Virus record (IMG/VR): IMGVR_UViG_3300012665_000831
Location: 1 to 55,026 of that record
DNA length: 55,026 nucleotides
Direction: 5' to 3' (one strand)
Source: a virus
Taxonomy: Duplodnaviria > Caudoviricetes
How positions within the stretch are numbered: the first letter of the stretch is position 1; the number at the start of each line of letters is the position of its first letter. This document shows positions 26,012 through 35,741 of this stretch, one piece after another. Below the pieces are notes generated by a model. It was not told the origin of the DNA. It worked only from the letters and a program-made list of their open reading frames with translations, and did not search any database. The position numbers and the translations under genes were made by a program.

Positions 26012-27327
26012 ATTTTTTCTCCTGGAGCAAATCCTCTAAATGCTTTGAATCGGGGAAAGCGCAAACTATATGTACCATCTTGATTCTGTGTTACTGCATC
26101 AGCTCGAACTTCAGCTACCATACCGACACAGTCACGCCTAAACTGCCAAAAACCATCACGTTGCTCATCTGTGAGTCCACTGCCTACATTGACTCGAATG
26201 GCCTTGCCATCGTCAACGCCCTCACATACCAAGGCACCTAGTTTGCCTGCGTTCTTGCCTGTACCTTCTTCTGTATCAACTACAACAAGACTGACTTCGA
26301 TAAAAGGTTTAAGTTTGAGCCATGCAACACTACGTTTACATTCATATCCAGCTTCTGGATCTTTAATCATAATGCCTTCGTAACCGCCAGCGACTGCTTG
26401 AGCATTAATCTCTTTGTAACGTAATTGGCCTTCATCAGTGTCTAGATCAACTAGCTCGTTGGCAAGACAAGTGACATTAGGTAAGTCTACATGATTCTTC
26501 TCTACCCATGCCTGCACCATTTGGCTACGAAGCGTCTGACTTTTATCCCAACTACCTTGTTCAAAATTACTTAATGGGCACATGTCAAACAGATTCAAAA
26601 TTGCATCATTTGCTTTGACATCACTTTTACGATGCACTTGTGTCATCAAGTCTTGAAAACTGCTAGACATAATCTCACCGTCTAATACTAGATCATACTT
26701 TGGCGGTGCCTTTTTAACAACTGCGCTAATTTGTTCTACAACGTGAGGAAAATTGATAAGCTCTTTGCCGTTACGACTAAACATATCAACACGACCGTCG
26801 GTCCTGACGATAGTAATAACTCGTACTCCGTCAAGTTTGACTTCGATAAGTTTTTTGCCAGATACCTTAGTCTCATGATTTGCACTATCGTGAGCAAGCT
26901 GGCAACCAAACACAGGGATACTATAATCAGCATACTTCTTTTCCACTACTTTGTTAATTGTTTTTTCACTTGTGCCACAACGCAAGTCTTTGATAAGTAT
27001 GCGTCGATACCATCCGTTCCACTCTTTTTGTGTTGCTTGTGTTATGGCTTCAGCAATGGCATCGCGAGCATCGTGGCCGGTGAGGTTACGATCGCGTAGG
27101 TTGCCAGCAAGCACAATAAAACTATCCCAATTGAGCCCAGGGCCGTCTTCATCTTTTTTCTCCGGAATTTGTTTAACACCAAAAGTAACCATAGGGTCTA
27201 ACGCAAGTTGACAACCTTGGAAGAATTCATCACAACCTTCTTCGGCAATAGATAGAATGATTGCTTCTTTATCGAGTCTGGAATTGTGAGTCTCAAGACT
27301 CCAAATGTGGCTTGCACAAACGCTCAT
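26008..27327 (-). CDS. ATP-dependent DNA ligase
   Basis: EVKLDGVR, LDGEI, EGIMIK, WLKLK, SLRFPRF. Confidence 0.95.
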   Translation of the reverse strand: MSVCASHIWSLETHNSRLDKEAIILSIAEEGCDEFFQGCQLALDPMVTFGVKQIPEKKDEDGPGLNWDSFIVLAGNLRDRNLTGHDARDAIAEAITQATQKEWNGWYRRILIKDLRCGTSEKTINKVVEKKYADYSIPVFGCQLAHDSANHETKVSGKKLIEVKLDGVRVITIVRTDGRVDMFSRNGKELINFPHVVEQISAVVKKAPPKYDLVLDGEIMSSSFQDLMTQVHRKSDVKANDAILNLFDMCPLSNFEQGSWDKSQTLRSQMVQAWVEKNHVDLPNVTCLANELVDLDTDEGQLRYKEINAQAVAGGYEGIMIKDPEAGYECKRSVAWLKLKPFIEVSLVVVDTEEGTGKNAGKLGALVCEGVDDGKAIRVNVGSGLTDEQRDGFWQFRRDCVGMVAEVRADAVTQNQDGTYSLRFPRFKAFRGFAPGEKI

Positions 27328-27358
27328 GATAGACCTTTAAATATCTGTATAAGTGTAT

Positions 27359-27387
27359 ATTATACAATCTAATTATCAGTACGTCAA
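27359..27387 (-). promoter_or_regulatory. sigma70 promoter
   Basis: TTGACG-N17-TATAAT. Confidence 0.8.
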
Positions 27388-28104
27388 GTGATTTGTTGTC
27401 TTAAATGGCTTGCCAGCGTATGCGTATTCTAACTGGCTTAGTACCTTACGCTTCATTTGTTTTACTTTTGGATGATTATGATCATACCCAAATGACTTCA
27501 TAAAACGTCCCCAACCGTTTTGTCGAACTCGTTTTGGAACAGGGCTGTCTAAATAGTCTTTGATTGCTTTGGTATCGAATCCAAATTTATCAATCATGTC
27601 TTGTGCTAGGTTAAATGAGTGTGCGCCCATTTCATCTCGATGCCCGTAGTATTCTTGCCAGGCACGATCTTTGGCATAATAGGCTGTGCTTTCATATCCT
27701 GGAATAGCTTTGAAGTTCCTAGCTCGGTATTGTCTGCAATGTATAATCTCGTGTAATATAGTGTCGGCAAACAAACTACAGATGCGTTCCCATCGATATA
27801 GACTAGTTTTCATAGTATTAGAAGTAGTCGGAAACGCTAGTTCAATTTCAATAAATCGCTTCTTTCCTTGCCTATCATAATCACTATAGTAGGCACCGCC
27901 GACCCACAGCTCACCAGGTTTAACAGGTTTGTGTCGGCTGCTTCTTACTTTAACTGGAAGATGGCTTTTAATATGCTTACTTAAAATGCTGGTAATTTCG
28001 CCGATAGGTAAGCGTCTATCTACGATTTCAGATTTGAGTTCGTAGAGCATTGAGTACAATGTAGCTCGATCCAATAAGGACCAATTAAAAGCCTGACGGG
28101 CCAT
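27376..28104 (-). CDS. HExxH zincin-like protein
   Basis: ILHEIIHCRQ...YYGHRDEMGAH. Confidence 0.7.
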   Translation of the reverse strand: MARQAFNWSLLDRATLYSMLYELKSEIVDRRLPIGEITSILSKHIKSHLPVKVRSSRHKPVKPGELWVGGAYYSDYDRQGKKRFIEIELAFPTTSNTMKTSLYRWERICSLFADTILHEIIHCRQYRARNFKAIPGYESTAYYAKDRAWQEYYGHRDEMGAHSFNLAQDMIDKFGFDTKAIKDYLDSPVPKRVRQNGWGRFMKSFGYDHNHPKVKQMKRKVLSQLEYAYAGKPFKTTNHLTY

Positions 28105-28143
28105 AGCACACTCCTAGACATTAGTATTTATAGTGTACTATGG
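28101..28143 (-). promoter_or_regulatory. Late promoter TATAAATA within a hairpin that sequesters the RBS/AUG
   Basis: CCAUAGUACACU...AGUGUGCUAUGG 12-bp stem; the end of AGGAG and the AUG are in the 3' arm. Confidence 0.7.
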
Positions 28144-28163
28144 TTTTCCGTTATATACGCACT

Positions 28164-28787
28164 TTACGGACGTTTTTCAATGACTTTATCAGCCAGTCCG
28201 TATTCTACCGCTTCTTTAGCACTCAAAAACGTATCGAATTTCATAGCTTCGTAAAGCTGTTCATATGTTTTTCCAGCAGTATTATGCTTAACATACAGTT
28301 CAGTTAGTCGTTGATTAATACGCTGACTTTCTTCAAAACTACGTTTAGCATCTTCAAACTGCAATTCCTGTACGTGAACGCTACCCCGTGTTCCCGGAGT
28401 ACCGGAACTCACACGATGAATCATAGTGCGGGCTTCGGGCAGGACAAAACGCTTTCCAGGTGCGCCGGCTTGAGCAAGGAATGAACCCATACTACAGGCT
28501 TGTCCCATAACGTATGTGGCGACGTCGGGTCTAATAAACTGCATGGTATCGTAAATAGCAAGGCCAGCAGTAACGGACCCCCCAGGGCTATTAATAAACA
28601 AGTTAATGTCTTCATTACCTTGACTCTCTAAAAAGAGCAACTGTGCCACTAACAAGCTGGACGTATGCTCGTTAACATCCGTATCTAACATTACAATACG
28701 GTCTTTGAGCAGACGACTATAAATGTCATAAGCTCTTTCGCCCTTCGGCTCACTTTCAATTACCATTGGTACTAAATTAGGCATCAT
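28164..28787 (-). CDS. clpP: ClpP protease proteolytic subunit
   Basis: ERAYDIYSRLLKDRI, INSPGGSVTAGLAIYDTM, QACSMGS, MIH; start reassigned to 28787. Confidence 0.95.
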   Translation of the reverse strand: MMPNLVPMVIESEPKGERAYDIYSRLLKDRIVMLDTDVNEHTSSLLVAQLLFLESQGNEDINLFINSPGGSVTAGLAIYDTMQFIRPDVATYVMGQACSMGSFLAQAGAPGKRFVLPEARTMIHRVSSGTPGTRGSVHVQELQFEDAKRSFEESQRINQRLTELYVKHNTAGKTYEQLYEAMKFDTFLSAKEAVEYGLADKVIEKRP

Positions 28788-29226
28788 TTTCCTTGTATAA
28801 TTGTTCTTTATAAAACTCAAGCTGATCGATGAGAGTTTGCACACCTTGATAGTTCATCATAAGTGTGCTATAGCCCATTCTAAATGCTACTCTATTATCG
28901 TCGGTATGTCCGAGAGTATAATGAATAGCTGGATCTTTTTCTTTAGGAGCAGGCGGCTCGACTGGCGCTACTGCTTTAGGAGCAGGAAACGGTACTACAT
29001 TTTTTGGCATTTTATTTTTTCTAAATAAATCAAACATCAAAGGCTCCATGTTAAAATGACGAGCTACTGGTGGGCACCAAAGTGGTACACTAAGAACCAG
29101 TACAAATCCTAGTGTAGCAAATTCTGGTTGAGCGGCATGAGTAAACGCAAGATACATGCCAACCCAAAAGTAGACAAAGCCTGTCCAGAATAGATAGTAC
29201 CCACTTGTACGGCCAAACAATTTCAT
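28777..29226 (-). CDS. Hypothetical membrane protein
   Basis: Two N-terminal hydrophobic segments and a Pro-rich linker. Confidence 0.7.
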   Translation of the reverse strand: MKLFGRTSGYYLFWTGFVYFWVGMYLAFTHAAQPEFATLGFVLVLSVPLWCPPVARHFNMEPLMFDLFRKNKMPKNVVPFPAPKAVAPVEPPAPKEKDPAIHYTLGHTDDNRVAFRMGYSTLMMNYQGVQTLIDQLEFYKEQLYKENDA

Positions 29227-29447
29227 TTTACAAAATCGTATGTACGTTCAAAAATAGGACCGTCACAAATATACAACTCGCCATCGATACCTTTCATAAG
29301 GTAATCTCCTGGTTTGCCTTGTTTGTAATTACCCTCTAATGTATTGACTCGAAATTCTTCATCAATCTGTTTAGCATGGACTACGATAGGACGCTTTACA
29401 CAAGCCCCCATATCGGCCACTTGTTCAAATGTTTCAAATGTTTTCAT
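29223..29447 (-). CDS. PGDYG-like small protein
   Basis: TLEG...GKPGDYLMKGIDGELYIC...FERTY. Confidence 0.75.
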   Translation of the reverse strand: MKTFETFEQVADMGACVKRPIVVHAKQIDEEFRVNTLEGNYKQGKPGDYLMKGIDGELYICDGPIFERTYDFVK

Positions 29448-30001
29448 TGTGTATCTAATTCTTTAAATGCATCAGGAGCACGTTTAACTGATAGTTCACG
29501 CAACTTCTGTTCTTCTTTTGCTCTGCGTAGAACGTTTGCGTCACCTGTTGGCAAAGCAATCAAAACATACGCACGGTACATACCACCTTCTTGAATTACT
29601 TTTTTCTCAGCAACTTCAACACCGGTAATATCAACTTCTTTACAACTAGTACGGATAACCATTTCACTTAGTTCAGTACTAGTCTTGCCAGCATCGGCAC
29701 GATAGATCTTTGTACGCTGGCTAGCATTACCACCAGCAGTCATACAGATTTTGCCGTATGCATCTGCCTTAGCTTTATGGAAAGCCATTTCCCAACTAGA
29801 ACTAGTATTAGTTCCATTTGAGTAAACTGCACTTTTACTAGTCGGGAGATCTAACATCCATTTAGGAGCCTTATCAATCGAACGCTCGACATAACGTTCT
29901 TGACGTTCACGCTCGGCATCAGCACGTTTAGCATACGGGTCAGTAGAGCCGCAAGCCGCCAGCATAGCAACAACAGGGATTAGCAATAGAGTGTTTTTCA
30001 T
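29444..30001 (-). CDS. Lipoprotein (LPP20-like)
   Basis: Lipobox MLAAC; PKWM...AKADA...AYVLI pattern. Confidence 0.75.
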   Translation of the reverse strand: MKNTLLLIPVVAMLAACGSTDPYAKRADAERERQERYVERSIDKAPKWMLDLPTSKSAVYSNGTNTSSSWEMAFHKAKADAYGKICMTAGGNASQRTKIYRADAGKTSTELSEMVIRTSCKEVDITGVEVAEKKVIQEGGMYRAYVLIALPTGDANVLRRAKEEQKLRELSVKRAPDAFKELDTQ

Positions 30002-30114
30002 TTCATTTTTTCCTTAGTCCATTCGGCGGTTGACGAAATGTCTTTACCAATACCCGAAACGGTTGAACATGCGGCAAGTGAACTTGCCAAAATAAGTGCT
30101 ACGAAAATTTTCAT
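29998..30114 (-). CDS. Entericidin EcnA/B-like lipoprotein (38 aa; absent from ORF track)
   Basis: MKIFVALILASSLAACSTVSGIGKDISSTAEWTKEKMK fits LAAC-xT-xxGxGKD. Confidence 0.8.
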   Translation of the reverse strand: MKIFVALILASSLAACSTVSGIGKDISSTAEWTKEKMK

Positions 30115-30239
30115 TTTGCCAACTCCTGACTCTGTGTTTTAACTGTGTCAATGCCTCTGTCCATAATTTTAGCAATGCCGGAGAATCCAACAGTAGCTAG
30201 AACCAGTCCAAAGATTGTGCCTAGGATAAATGCCTTCAT
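30111..30239 (-). CDS. Small membrane protein (42 aa; absent from ORF track)
   Basis: MKAFILGTIFGLVLATVGFSGIAKIMDRGIDTVKTQSQELAK; AGAAGG RBS; ATGA coupling. Confidence 0.7.
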   Translation of the reverse strand: MKAFILGTIFGLVLATVGFSGIAKIMDRGIDTVKTQSQELAK

Positions 30240-30274
30240 AATGTTTGCCTTCTATGTTTGTTGAACATGTGTAA

Positions 30275-30303
30275 ATTATACTAGATATATGATCAAATGT
30301 CAA
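30275..30303 (-). promoter_or_regulatory. Consensus sigma70 promoter
   Basis: TTGACA-N17-TATAAT. Confidence 0.85.
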
Positions 30304-30304
30304 G

Positions 30305-30661
30305 TTACCATTTGTCCACAATTAGCCAATTTGTATCACTGTTGTCTACCTGGCAAATAACTCCGTGGTAAACTCGAAGTCTACCTTTTTGAGTTACTCG
30401 ATCTGTGAACAGTCTACAAATGGCATTATTGTGTTTGAAGTAGCCTGCATCAACATTGGATAAACCTACTTCGTTTTCCAAAATAGTATCGCCAATTTTT
30501 AATTTAGGAAATTCAAATACTCCCTCTTTGCAAACTGTAATAGATTCTTTTTGGAACTTGCCGTTACGCTCTACTGAGGCAGAGGTAACTTTACAATTAT
30601 CTGCCAGAGCAATTTGGCAAACAAATAAACTGGCTATGAGTAAGTACTTCATTGTGCGCAC
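30305..30661 (-). CDS. Hypothetical exported protein
   Basis: Signal-peptide-like MKYLLIASLFVCQIALA; several Cys. Confidence 0.7.
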   Translation of the reverse strand: MRTMKYLLIASLFVCQIALADNCKVTSASVERNGKFQKESITVCKEGVFEFPKLKIGDTILENEVGLSNVDAGYFKHNNAICRLFTDRVTQKGRLRVYHGVICQVDNSDTNWLIVDKW

Positions 30662-30918
30662 CTATATGTGTACCACCAAATGGTAGCTTTGAGTCTACTA
30701 TTGTAAGCCCTGTCTGCTTCGTTTAAATGATCTGGATCTTCGTTAAAGTTTTTAAGGTCTTGCACTTTTTTGAGTTCGGCTAACTGCTGATCTGCAAGAT
30801 CGCAACTAACGGGGTAGTCCACTAACTGTTGATAAGACAGTGGACCTACTTCAAAATTACCTTGATTGTCGCAGCCAGCAAGACAAAGTGATGCTATAAG
30901 CAATACAGCATATTTCAC
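30649..30918 (-). CDS. Putative lipoprotein
   Basis: Lipobox CLAGC; GGAG RBS; GTG start. Confidence 0.7.
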   Translation of the reverse strand: MKYAVLLIASLCLAGCDNQGNFEVGPLSYQQLVDYPVSCDLADQQLAELKKVQDLKNFNEDPDHLNEADRAYNSRLKATIWWYTYRCAQ

Positions 30919-30962
30919 AGTCTACTCCTAATAACAGTTACGATATTAGTAGTATAACTGAA

Positions 30963-31403
30963 TCACTTATACTTGTCATCCAATTCGACGCTCGAAAGTG
31001 AAGCAATGGTTTGGAACTTATCCCAAGCCAATTTGGCGGCAGGGTTGTTTTCTAATTCGCTATTTGGCAGGACTGCTTCTAACCAAATTTCGGGACGGCG
31101 ACTAGGGTGTGCGCCAAATTTACGTGGCTGATGCAACTTGCCAGATTCCCATAGCTCGATGCTCACACTACGGAATAGATCTTCATCATGATACCCAGCC
31201 CATTCTGGGTTACTTTGGCTAAAGAATCCACGACTGTAAGCATTGTCAGTGCCGCCACCGTAACCCTCCCAAATACCTGCCCATTGATCGGCATCACGGG
31301 GGTCGAAATCTGTACGAGTAATAACAACCAGTACATCGGCAATGTCTACTTTGCCGTCAACAATATCCTTGACGCAACGACTGTAACTAAGTCCAATTTT
31401 CAT
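30963..31403 (-). CDS. Hypothetical phage protein
   Basis: Start reassigned to MKIGLSYSRCV (GAGG RBS). Confidence 0.75.
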   Translation of the reverse strand: MKIGLSYSRCVKDIVDGKVDIADVLVVITRTDFDPRDADQWAGIWEGYGGGTDNAYSRGFFSQSNPEWAGYHDEDLFRSVSIELWESGKLHQPRKFGAHPSRRPEIWLEAVLPNSELENNPAAKLAWDKFQTIASLSSVELDDKYK

Positions 31404-31404
31404 A

Positions 31405-31644
31405 TTAGCCTCTACTTCCTGTTTGTGTACGTGTAATGGTTGGTCCATTACTTTCAAAGTCCATACCGGCATTCCTACCTTCGTAGCATCTACCATTCCA
31501 TTTCATACTAATTTTAACTGCTTTATTTACGATCACATTGAGCAAAACTTTGTCTTCAAAATTCTGCACAACTGCTTCAGTCATTTTAGAACTTTTAGCC
31601 ATTTTAATTTGGCACGTATCACTGTGCCTAATTATTGTGCTCAT
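31405..31644 (-). CDS. Hypothetical protein
   Basis: 79 aa; ATGA coupling. Confidence 0.7.
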   Translation of the reverse strand: MSTIIRHSDTCQIKMAKSSKMTEAVVQNFEDKVLLNVIVNKAVKISMKWNGRCYEGRNAGMDFESNGPTITRTQTGSRG

Positions 31645-31955
31645 ATTGTAAATCTCACTTCTTTGATACTATCCCAGCGAAAGCTCTTCCAAGCCTTGTC
31701 TTCTAAATCGTATACTGGCATAACATCTTCATTCTTTTTCTTCTCTTTTTTAGGAGCAGGAAAATCAATCGGGTTATCAGTGTTAGCCATATGAACCGGT
31801 TCTTCTACAAGAGGAACAAGTGACGTATTGGTTGTGCATTCCATCACTCGTTCTGTACCGTCTTTCTTTGTAAAGACTACTGTAGTAGGTCCGTGTGCTA
31901 GATGACTCTTAAGCCATTTTTTAAATAGCTTAGTATCTTTTTCATTCAGCGGCAT
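31641..31955 (-). CDS. SH3/Sm-like (WYL_2/DUF2693-type) phage protein
   Basis: VVFTKKDGTERVMECT...VYDLEDKAWKSFRWDSI. Confidence 0.8.
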   Translation of the reverse strand: MPLNEKDTKLFKKWLKSHLAHGPTTVVFTKKDGTERVMECTTNTSLVPLVEEPVHMANTDNPIDFPAPKKEKKKNEDVMPVYDLEDKAWKSFRWDSIKEVRFTI

Positions 31956-32115
31956 TTTGTTTGCTTTCTAGTTCTTCGATACGTTTAGTTGCATTGGCAA
32001 CTTTCTGTTCAAGCATTTCAATATGCTCAGCAATTTGCTCTAAGAAATTAGCAGTATTAGCACCAGTCATTCTAAGCATTTGTACAACAGTCGGTTGCAA
32101 GTTTTCATTACTCAT
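31942..32115 (-). CDS. Small coiled-coil protein (57 aa; absent from ORF track)
   Basis: MSNENLQPTVVQMLRMTGANTANFLEQIAEHIEMLEQKVANATKRIEELESKQNAAE; GGAG RBS. Confidence 0.7.
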   Translation of the reverse strand: MSNENLQPTVVQMLRMTGANTANFLEQIAEHIEMLEQKVANATKRIEELESKQNAAE

Positions 32116-32970
32116 TTAAATCTCCAATAAAATATTTGGGTTCCAGCCTGTGTCTTCGCTGTAACCATCGTTTTCGTAACCTCTTGGATTACATACAACA
32201 CGAGTCTCACCGATCATGTAATCAAACGGATGATGAGTGTGTCCATGTGTCCACAGTTTGATCTGTGGATGGTCCATGATAAACTCACTCAAGTCACTGT
32301 GATATCCACCGTTCATCAATGTGTCGTTGCCGTACATAGGATGGCAACTTTGGAAACTAGGGCTATGATGACCTACTACAACACACTTCATATCCTTATG
32401 TTCTTGGACCATAAGTTTAATGTATTGTAATGTCTTGTCATGCCTAATAGCAACATCTAATGCACTCATTGTGGCATAGTTTCTTTTGTCGTTACGAATG
32501 ATACGGAAGTCGTTCATCATACCTTCGATGGCATGCATCGTAAGCGGGTCACGCTTGTTCATGTTAGTCCAAAGAGTTCCACCAACAAACATAACATCGT
32601 CGATGATCTTAGTATCTTGTTCTAACATGTAGACATTAGGAAACTTAGCGCACTCAGCTCGCATGTAATCGATAGCACCGTAAAACTTACCATTGTAGAA
32701 TTCGTGATTGCCCATAATGTAAATTACATGTGGGAACTGAAAACTACAACGCTTGAGAAAGTCTCTGTAGGCCTGCGCTTTACGCTGTCTACGGCCAAGG
32801 CCTTCTAAATTGACGTTGGAGTACATGCCATAGTCCATCTCTGGGTGGTCGTGTAGATCCTGGGCAACCATAATGTCACCACCTAGGATCAAAACATCGT
32901 AGTCCTGATCATTCTGAATGTTGCAGTCACTGAACTCTAAGTGCAAGTCACTGACTAGTTTGATTCGCAT
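32116..32970 (-). CDS. Calcineurin-like metallophosphoesterase
   Basis: SDLHLE, GGDI, GNHE, GHHSP, HGHTH. Confidence 0.92.
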   Translation of the reverse strand: MRIKLVSDLHLEFSDCNIQNDQDYDVLILGGDIMVAQDLHDHPEMDYGMYSNVNLEGLGRRQRKAQAYRDFLKRCSFQFPHVIYIMGNHEFYNGKFYGAIDYMRAECAKFPNVYMLEQDTKIIDDVMFVGGTLWTNMNKRDPLTMHAIEGMMNDFRIIRNDKRNYATMSALDVAIRHDKTLQYIKLMVQEHKDMKCVVVGHHSPSFQSCHPMYGNDTLMNGGYHSDLSEFIMDHPQIKLWTHGHTHHPFDYMIGETRVVCNPRGYENDGYSEDTGWNPNILLEI

Positions 32971-33543
32971 TTATATCTCGCTATAATTTTCTTGTACAAA
33001 TTTTTGAGCATCTTCTTTAGTAAGACGGCCTGATTCAACTTCTGCAATAGCATGGCGCAATGCTTCTTCAACAAACTCGTTAAATGTCATATCACGTTCG
33101 TGTGCCATCTTCATGTATTTTAACAAATCTTCATCCGAGAAGTCAACCGGCATCATCACACGGGTATCATATTTTTCCCCTGCTTTAATGGCAAGACACT
33201 TTTGGATGAAATCGTCCAATACATCCAAGTCGATGTAGTCTACTTCGTCCCACGCCTCATTTGGATTAATGCCACGCTTAATTGCTTCGTTTCGATGCTT
33301 TGTTTGAAACTTTGGATTGATCATTCGATATGCACGATCATTAGTGTAGTCATGCACTTGTACTTCGTAAACCTTTTGGCTCTTAGTACTAAACACAATG
33401 CTAAAACTATATCCGCCTGCACCGTGTACTCCATTCCAGCTGTCCATTTGATAGCTGTACGGGCCGAAGCAGTCCCAACCGTAATCACTACCTTCCGTGA
33501 TTTTATAATCAGTCAATTCCATCCATTCTTTAATCGTAATCAT
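32971..33543 (-). CDS. Hypothetical protein with C-terminal ribbon-helix-helix-like segment
   Basis: MAHERDMTFNEFVEEALR. Confidence 0.7.
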   Translation of the reverse strand: MITIKEWMELTDYKITEGSDYGWDCFGPYSYQMDSWNGVHGAGGYSFSIVFSTKSQKVYEVQVHDYTNDRAYRMINPKFQTKHRNEAIKRGINPNEAWDEVDYIDLDVLDDFIQKCLAIKAGEKYDTRVMMPVDFSDEDLLKYMKMAHERDMTFNEFVEEALRHAIAEVESGRLTKEDAQKFVQENYSEI

Positions 33544-34154
33544 TGCTCATTTCCTTCTTTGAGTAATTTTTTCATTTCCCATTCTTCCATCTCTTTGGCA
33601 CGTTTAACTTCACGTGCTTCTTCACAAGGCGTACAATATGTATGTACCCAACCACCGCCTCGTCGCTCGCCAACGTTACCACAGCTTTCGCATGTGACAC
33701 CAGTTAGGCTTTCTGCTAGGCTAACCATACCACTAATGTAGTCATCTCCGCCTGAGTAGTAAAAACGCAATGTACCAAACTTTTCTTTAACTTGGTCTAA
33801 TGTCACTTGCGGAATAGATTCTGGCACTTGTCTAAAGTCCCCAGCAACAATTTCTACAAGTCGTTTTTCTTTATACTCGTCATTGGGCAAGGCTTTCATA
33901 GACTCTTCAAACAGTTCAAAGTTACCAGCCTTAGCCTGTGCGGCCATTTCATTGTAATCAATAGCCCACTTGCGCTGTTTTTCTTTCCAGTCAATGTGAT
34001 GTTGAATACTGCCCATAAGTTGATCTAATATATTGAACCAACCATCGCCACATTCAAATCCCCAACACATACAAGTTTCCTGCATACCCTTGTTACGGTT
34101 GACCATCATCTTTGGATACTTCTCACACAACAACTTATCTAGTTCTTGTTTCAT
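33540..34154 (-). CDS. Hypothetical phage protein with Cys motifs
   Basis: GFECGDGWF, QVKEKFGTLRFY, CESCG...CTPC. Confidence 0.78.
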   Translation of the reverse strand: MKQELDKLLCEKYPKMMVNRNKGMQETCMCWGFECGDGWFNILDQLMGSIQHHIDWKEKQRKWAIDYNEMAAQAKAGNFELFEESMKALPNDEYKEKRLVEIVAGDFRQVPESIPQVTLDQVKEKFGTLRFYYSGGDDYISGMVSLAESLTGVTCESCGNVGERRGGGWVHTYCTPCEEAREVKRAKEMEEWEMKKLLKEGNEQ

Positions 34155-34345
34155 TACCAATTCTCCATGCCTGATATTTCAGTTTTAAATTCGCCGTCTA
34201 AACCATTGATTGTAGTGTGTACAATTAAATTAGTAATACTTCCAATACCACTACTGTTATCCTGCAACAACTCGAACGATGTTGCCTCTGGAAACTTGTC
34301 CATAGTGGTTAAAATCTTTTGAACTTCTTCTCTACAGATATACAT
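34154..34345 (-). CDS. Hypothetical protein
   Basis: 63 aa; TAATG overlaps at both ends. Confidence 0.7.
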   Translation of the reverse strand: MYICREEVQKILTTMDKFPEATSFELLQDNSSGIGSITNLIVHTTINGLDGEFKTEISGMENW

Positions 34346-35034
34346 TATTGAGCCGCCTTCACATAGTTTAGTCTTGTCACTGCATTATCGTGTTTCCAAT
34401 GTTTGGCATGATCTTTAATTTTAGCCTTTACAATAACGCACGGTCCGATTTTTAGATCACTTTTGCTCATCCACGATACCATCATATTGTTTATTATAGC
34501 ATCAATATTCCAAGCATCAAAGTTTTTCGAGCGTTGTGTTGAAACAATTTCGCAGTCCAAGTCTGTAACAGTAGACCCTACCTCGGCAACATACTTGTCA
34601 TCGACTTGCCTAGCTACTTTTTTAATTTTAGTCTGCACTACATCTCTTGCATATACACTAGGCAAACAAGCAACATAGCCAAACATCTTAGGTTGTACAG
34701 TATCGCCGGTTAAGATACTGTTTATACTAGTTTGAAAATCGTTTTCGCCTTCAATGGCGCTGAACATAAATTTTCGAAAATACTTTTTAATTTCTTCTGC
34801 TAGTGCTGTATCTTCAGATAATACTTTTAATGGCATAGGTGCATCTTTTGGATCAGCTGTCCAAATAGTATGATCTAGTGTATACAACATTAGAATCTTG
34901 TTAGTTGTCTTGGTGTACGCATAGACACCATCATCTGCGTAAACGGCAAATGACTCTTTGATGTAGGCGCCGTTGACTCGTTGTGCCGCACAGGCTAGTT
35001 CCAAAACATATTGGGTGGGGAATTCTTTAGCCAA
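34345..35034 (-). CDS. Hypothetical protein, possible C-terminal OB fold
   Basis: 229 aa; TTG start after GGAG; promoter upstream. Confidence 0.75.
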   Translation of the reverse strand: MAKEFPTQYVLELACAAQRVNGAYIKESFAVYADDGVYAYTKTTNKILMLYTLDHTIWTADPKDAPMPLKVLSEDTALAEEIKKYFRKFMFSAIEGENDFQTSINSILTGDTVQPKMFGYVACLPSVYARDVVQTKIKKVARQVDDKYVAEVGSTVTDLDCEIVSTQRSKNFDAWNIDAIINNMMVSWMSKSDLKIGPCVIVKAKIKDHAKHWKHDNAVTRLNYVKAAQ

Positions 35035-35067
35035 TTTATGCTCCGTACTAGTAGTTTCAATAATAGT

Positions 35068-35096
35068 ATTTTACACGAAAATTGCGTCTGTGTCAA
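35068..35096 (-). promoter_or_regulatory. sigma70 promoter
   Basis: TTGACA-N17-TAAAAT. Confidence 0.8.
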
Positions 35097-35739
35097 TCTT
35101 TTGTAATCTGATGTAGACCTTTTTGGCTAATCGCTTTAGGATAGGATGATCGATATTATTGAACTGTCCAAAATACGCGGCTAGGCACGGACTTACATAT
35201 TTGCCATTAAACTTTAGTTTACCTAGACTGTTAAATTTACCCATATATCGTAGGGCTCGGAATTTGCCTAAACTTCGACATAGTTCAATGGCAATGCTGA
35301 TAGCATACGCATCTAGTTCATCTGGGTCTGCTAGATACAAATTGTAAGGAGCAGTATCGGAATGTTGATATACAATGTACTTACGTTTTGAACTTTGACG
35401 TTGATGTTTATATTCGTGTACAACAGCATCAAAAATTTGTGTTAGTAGCTCTGAAATCTGCACTCGATCCCAAACTACTAGTTTATCAAAATTATGATGT
35501 ACAATTACTTCTATAGGAGTTTCATTATTTTGATCGTCTTCTGCATCATAGTAAGCATTGACATAAAACTCTTCTGGTAATAGTTTTTTAACTCTATCGG
35601 ATTTTATTTTGAGATCAAAGTCTTGTTCTCTAAATTCCCTACGCAACATAGTTAGCAAGTTTTGAAAACTAACGCCATGCTTGCTTCTGTCTTTAACACA
35701 ATTACAAACAAAACATACAGTTTCCATTATGCTATTCAT
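35071..35739 (-). CDS. HExxH zincin-like protein (paralogue of 27376..28104)
   Basis: VVHEYKHQRQ...YLADPDELDAYA. Confidence 0.7.
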   Translation of the reverse strand: MNSIMETVCFVCNCVKDRSKHGVSFQNLLTMLRREFREQDFDLKIKSDRVKKLLPEEFYVNAYYDAEDDQNNETPIEVIVHHNFDKLVVWDRVQISELLTQIFDAVVHEYKHQRQSSKRKYIVYQHSDTAPYNLYLADPDELDAYAISIAIELCRSLGKFRALRYMGKFNSLGKLKFNGKYVSPCLAAYFGQFNNIDHPILKRLAKKVYIRLQKIDTDAIFV

Positions 35740-35741
35740 TG

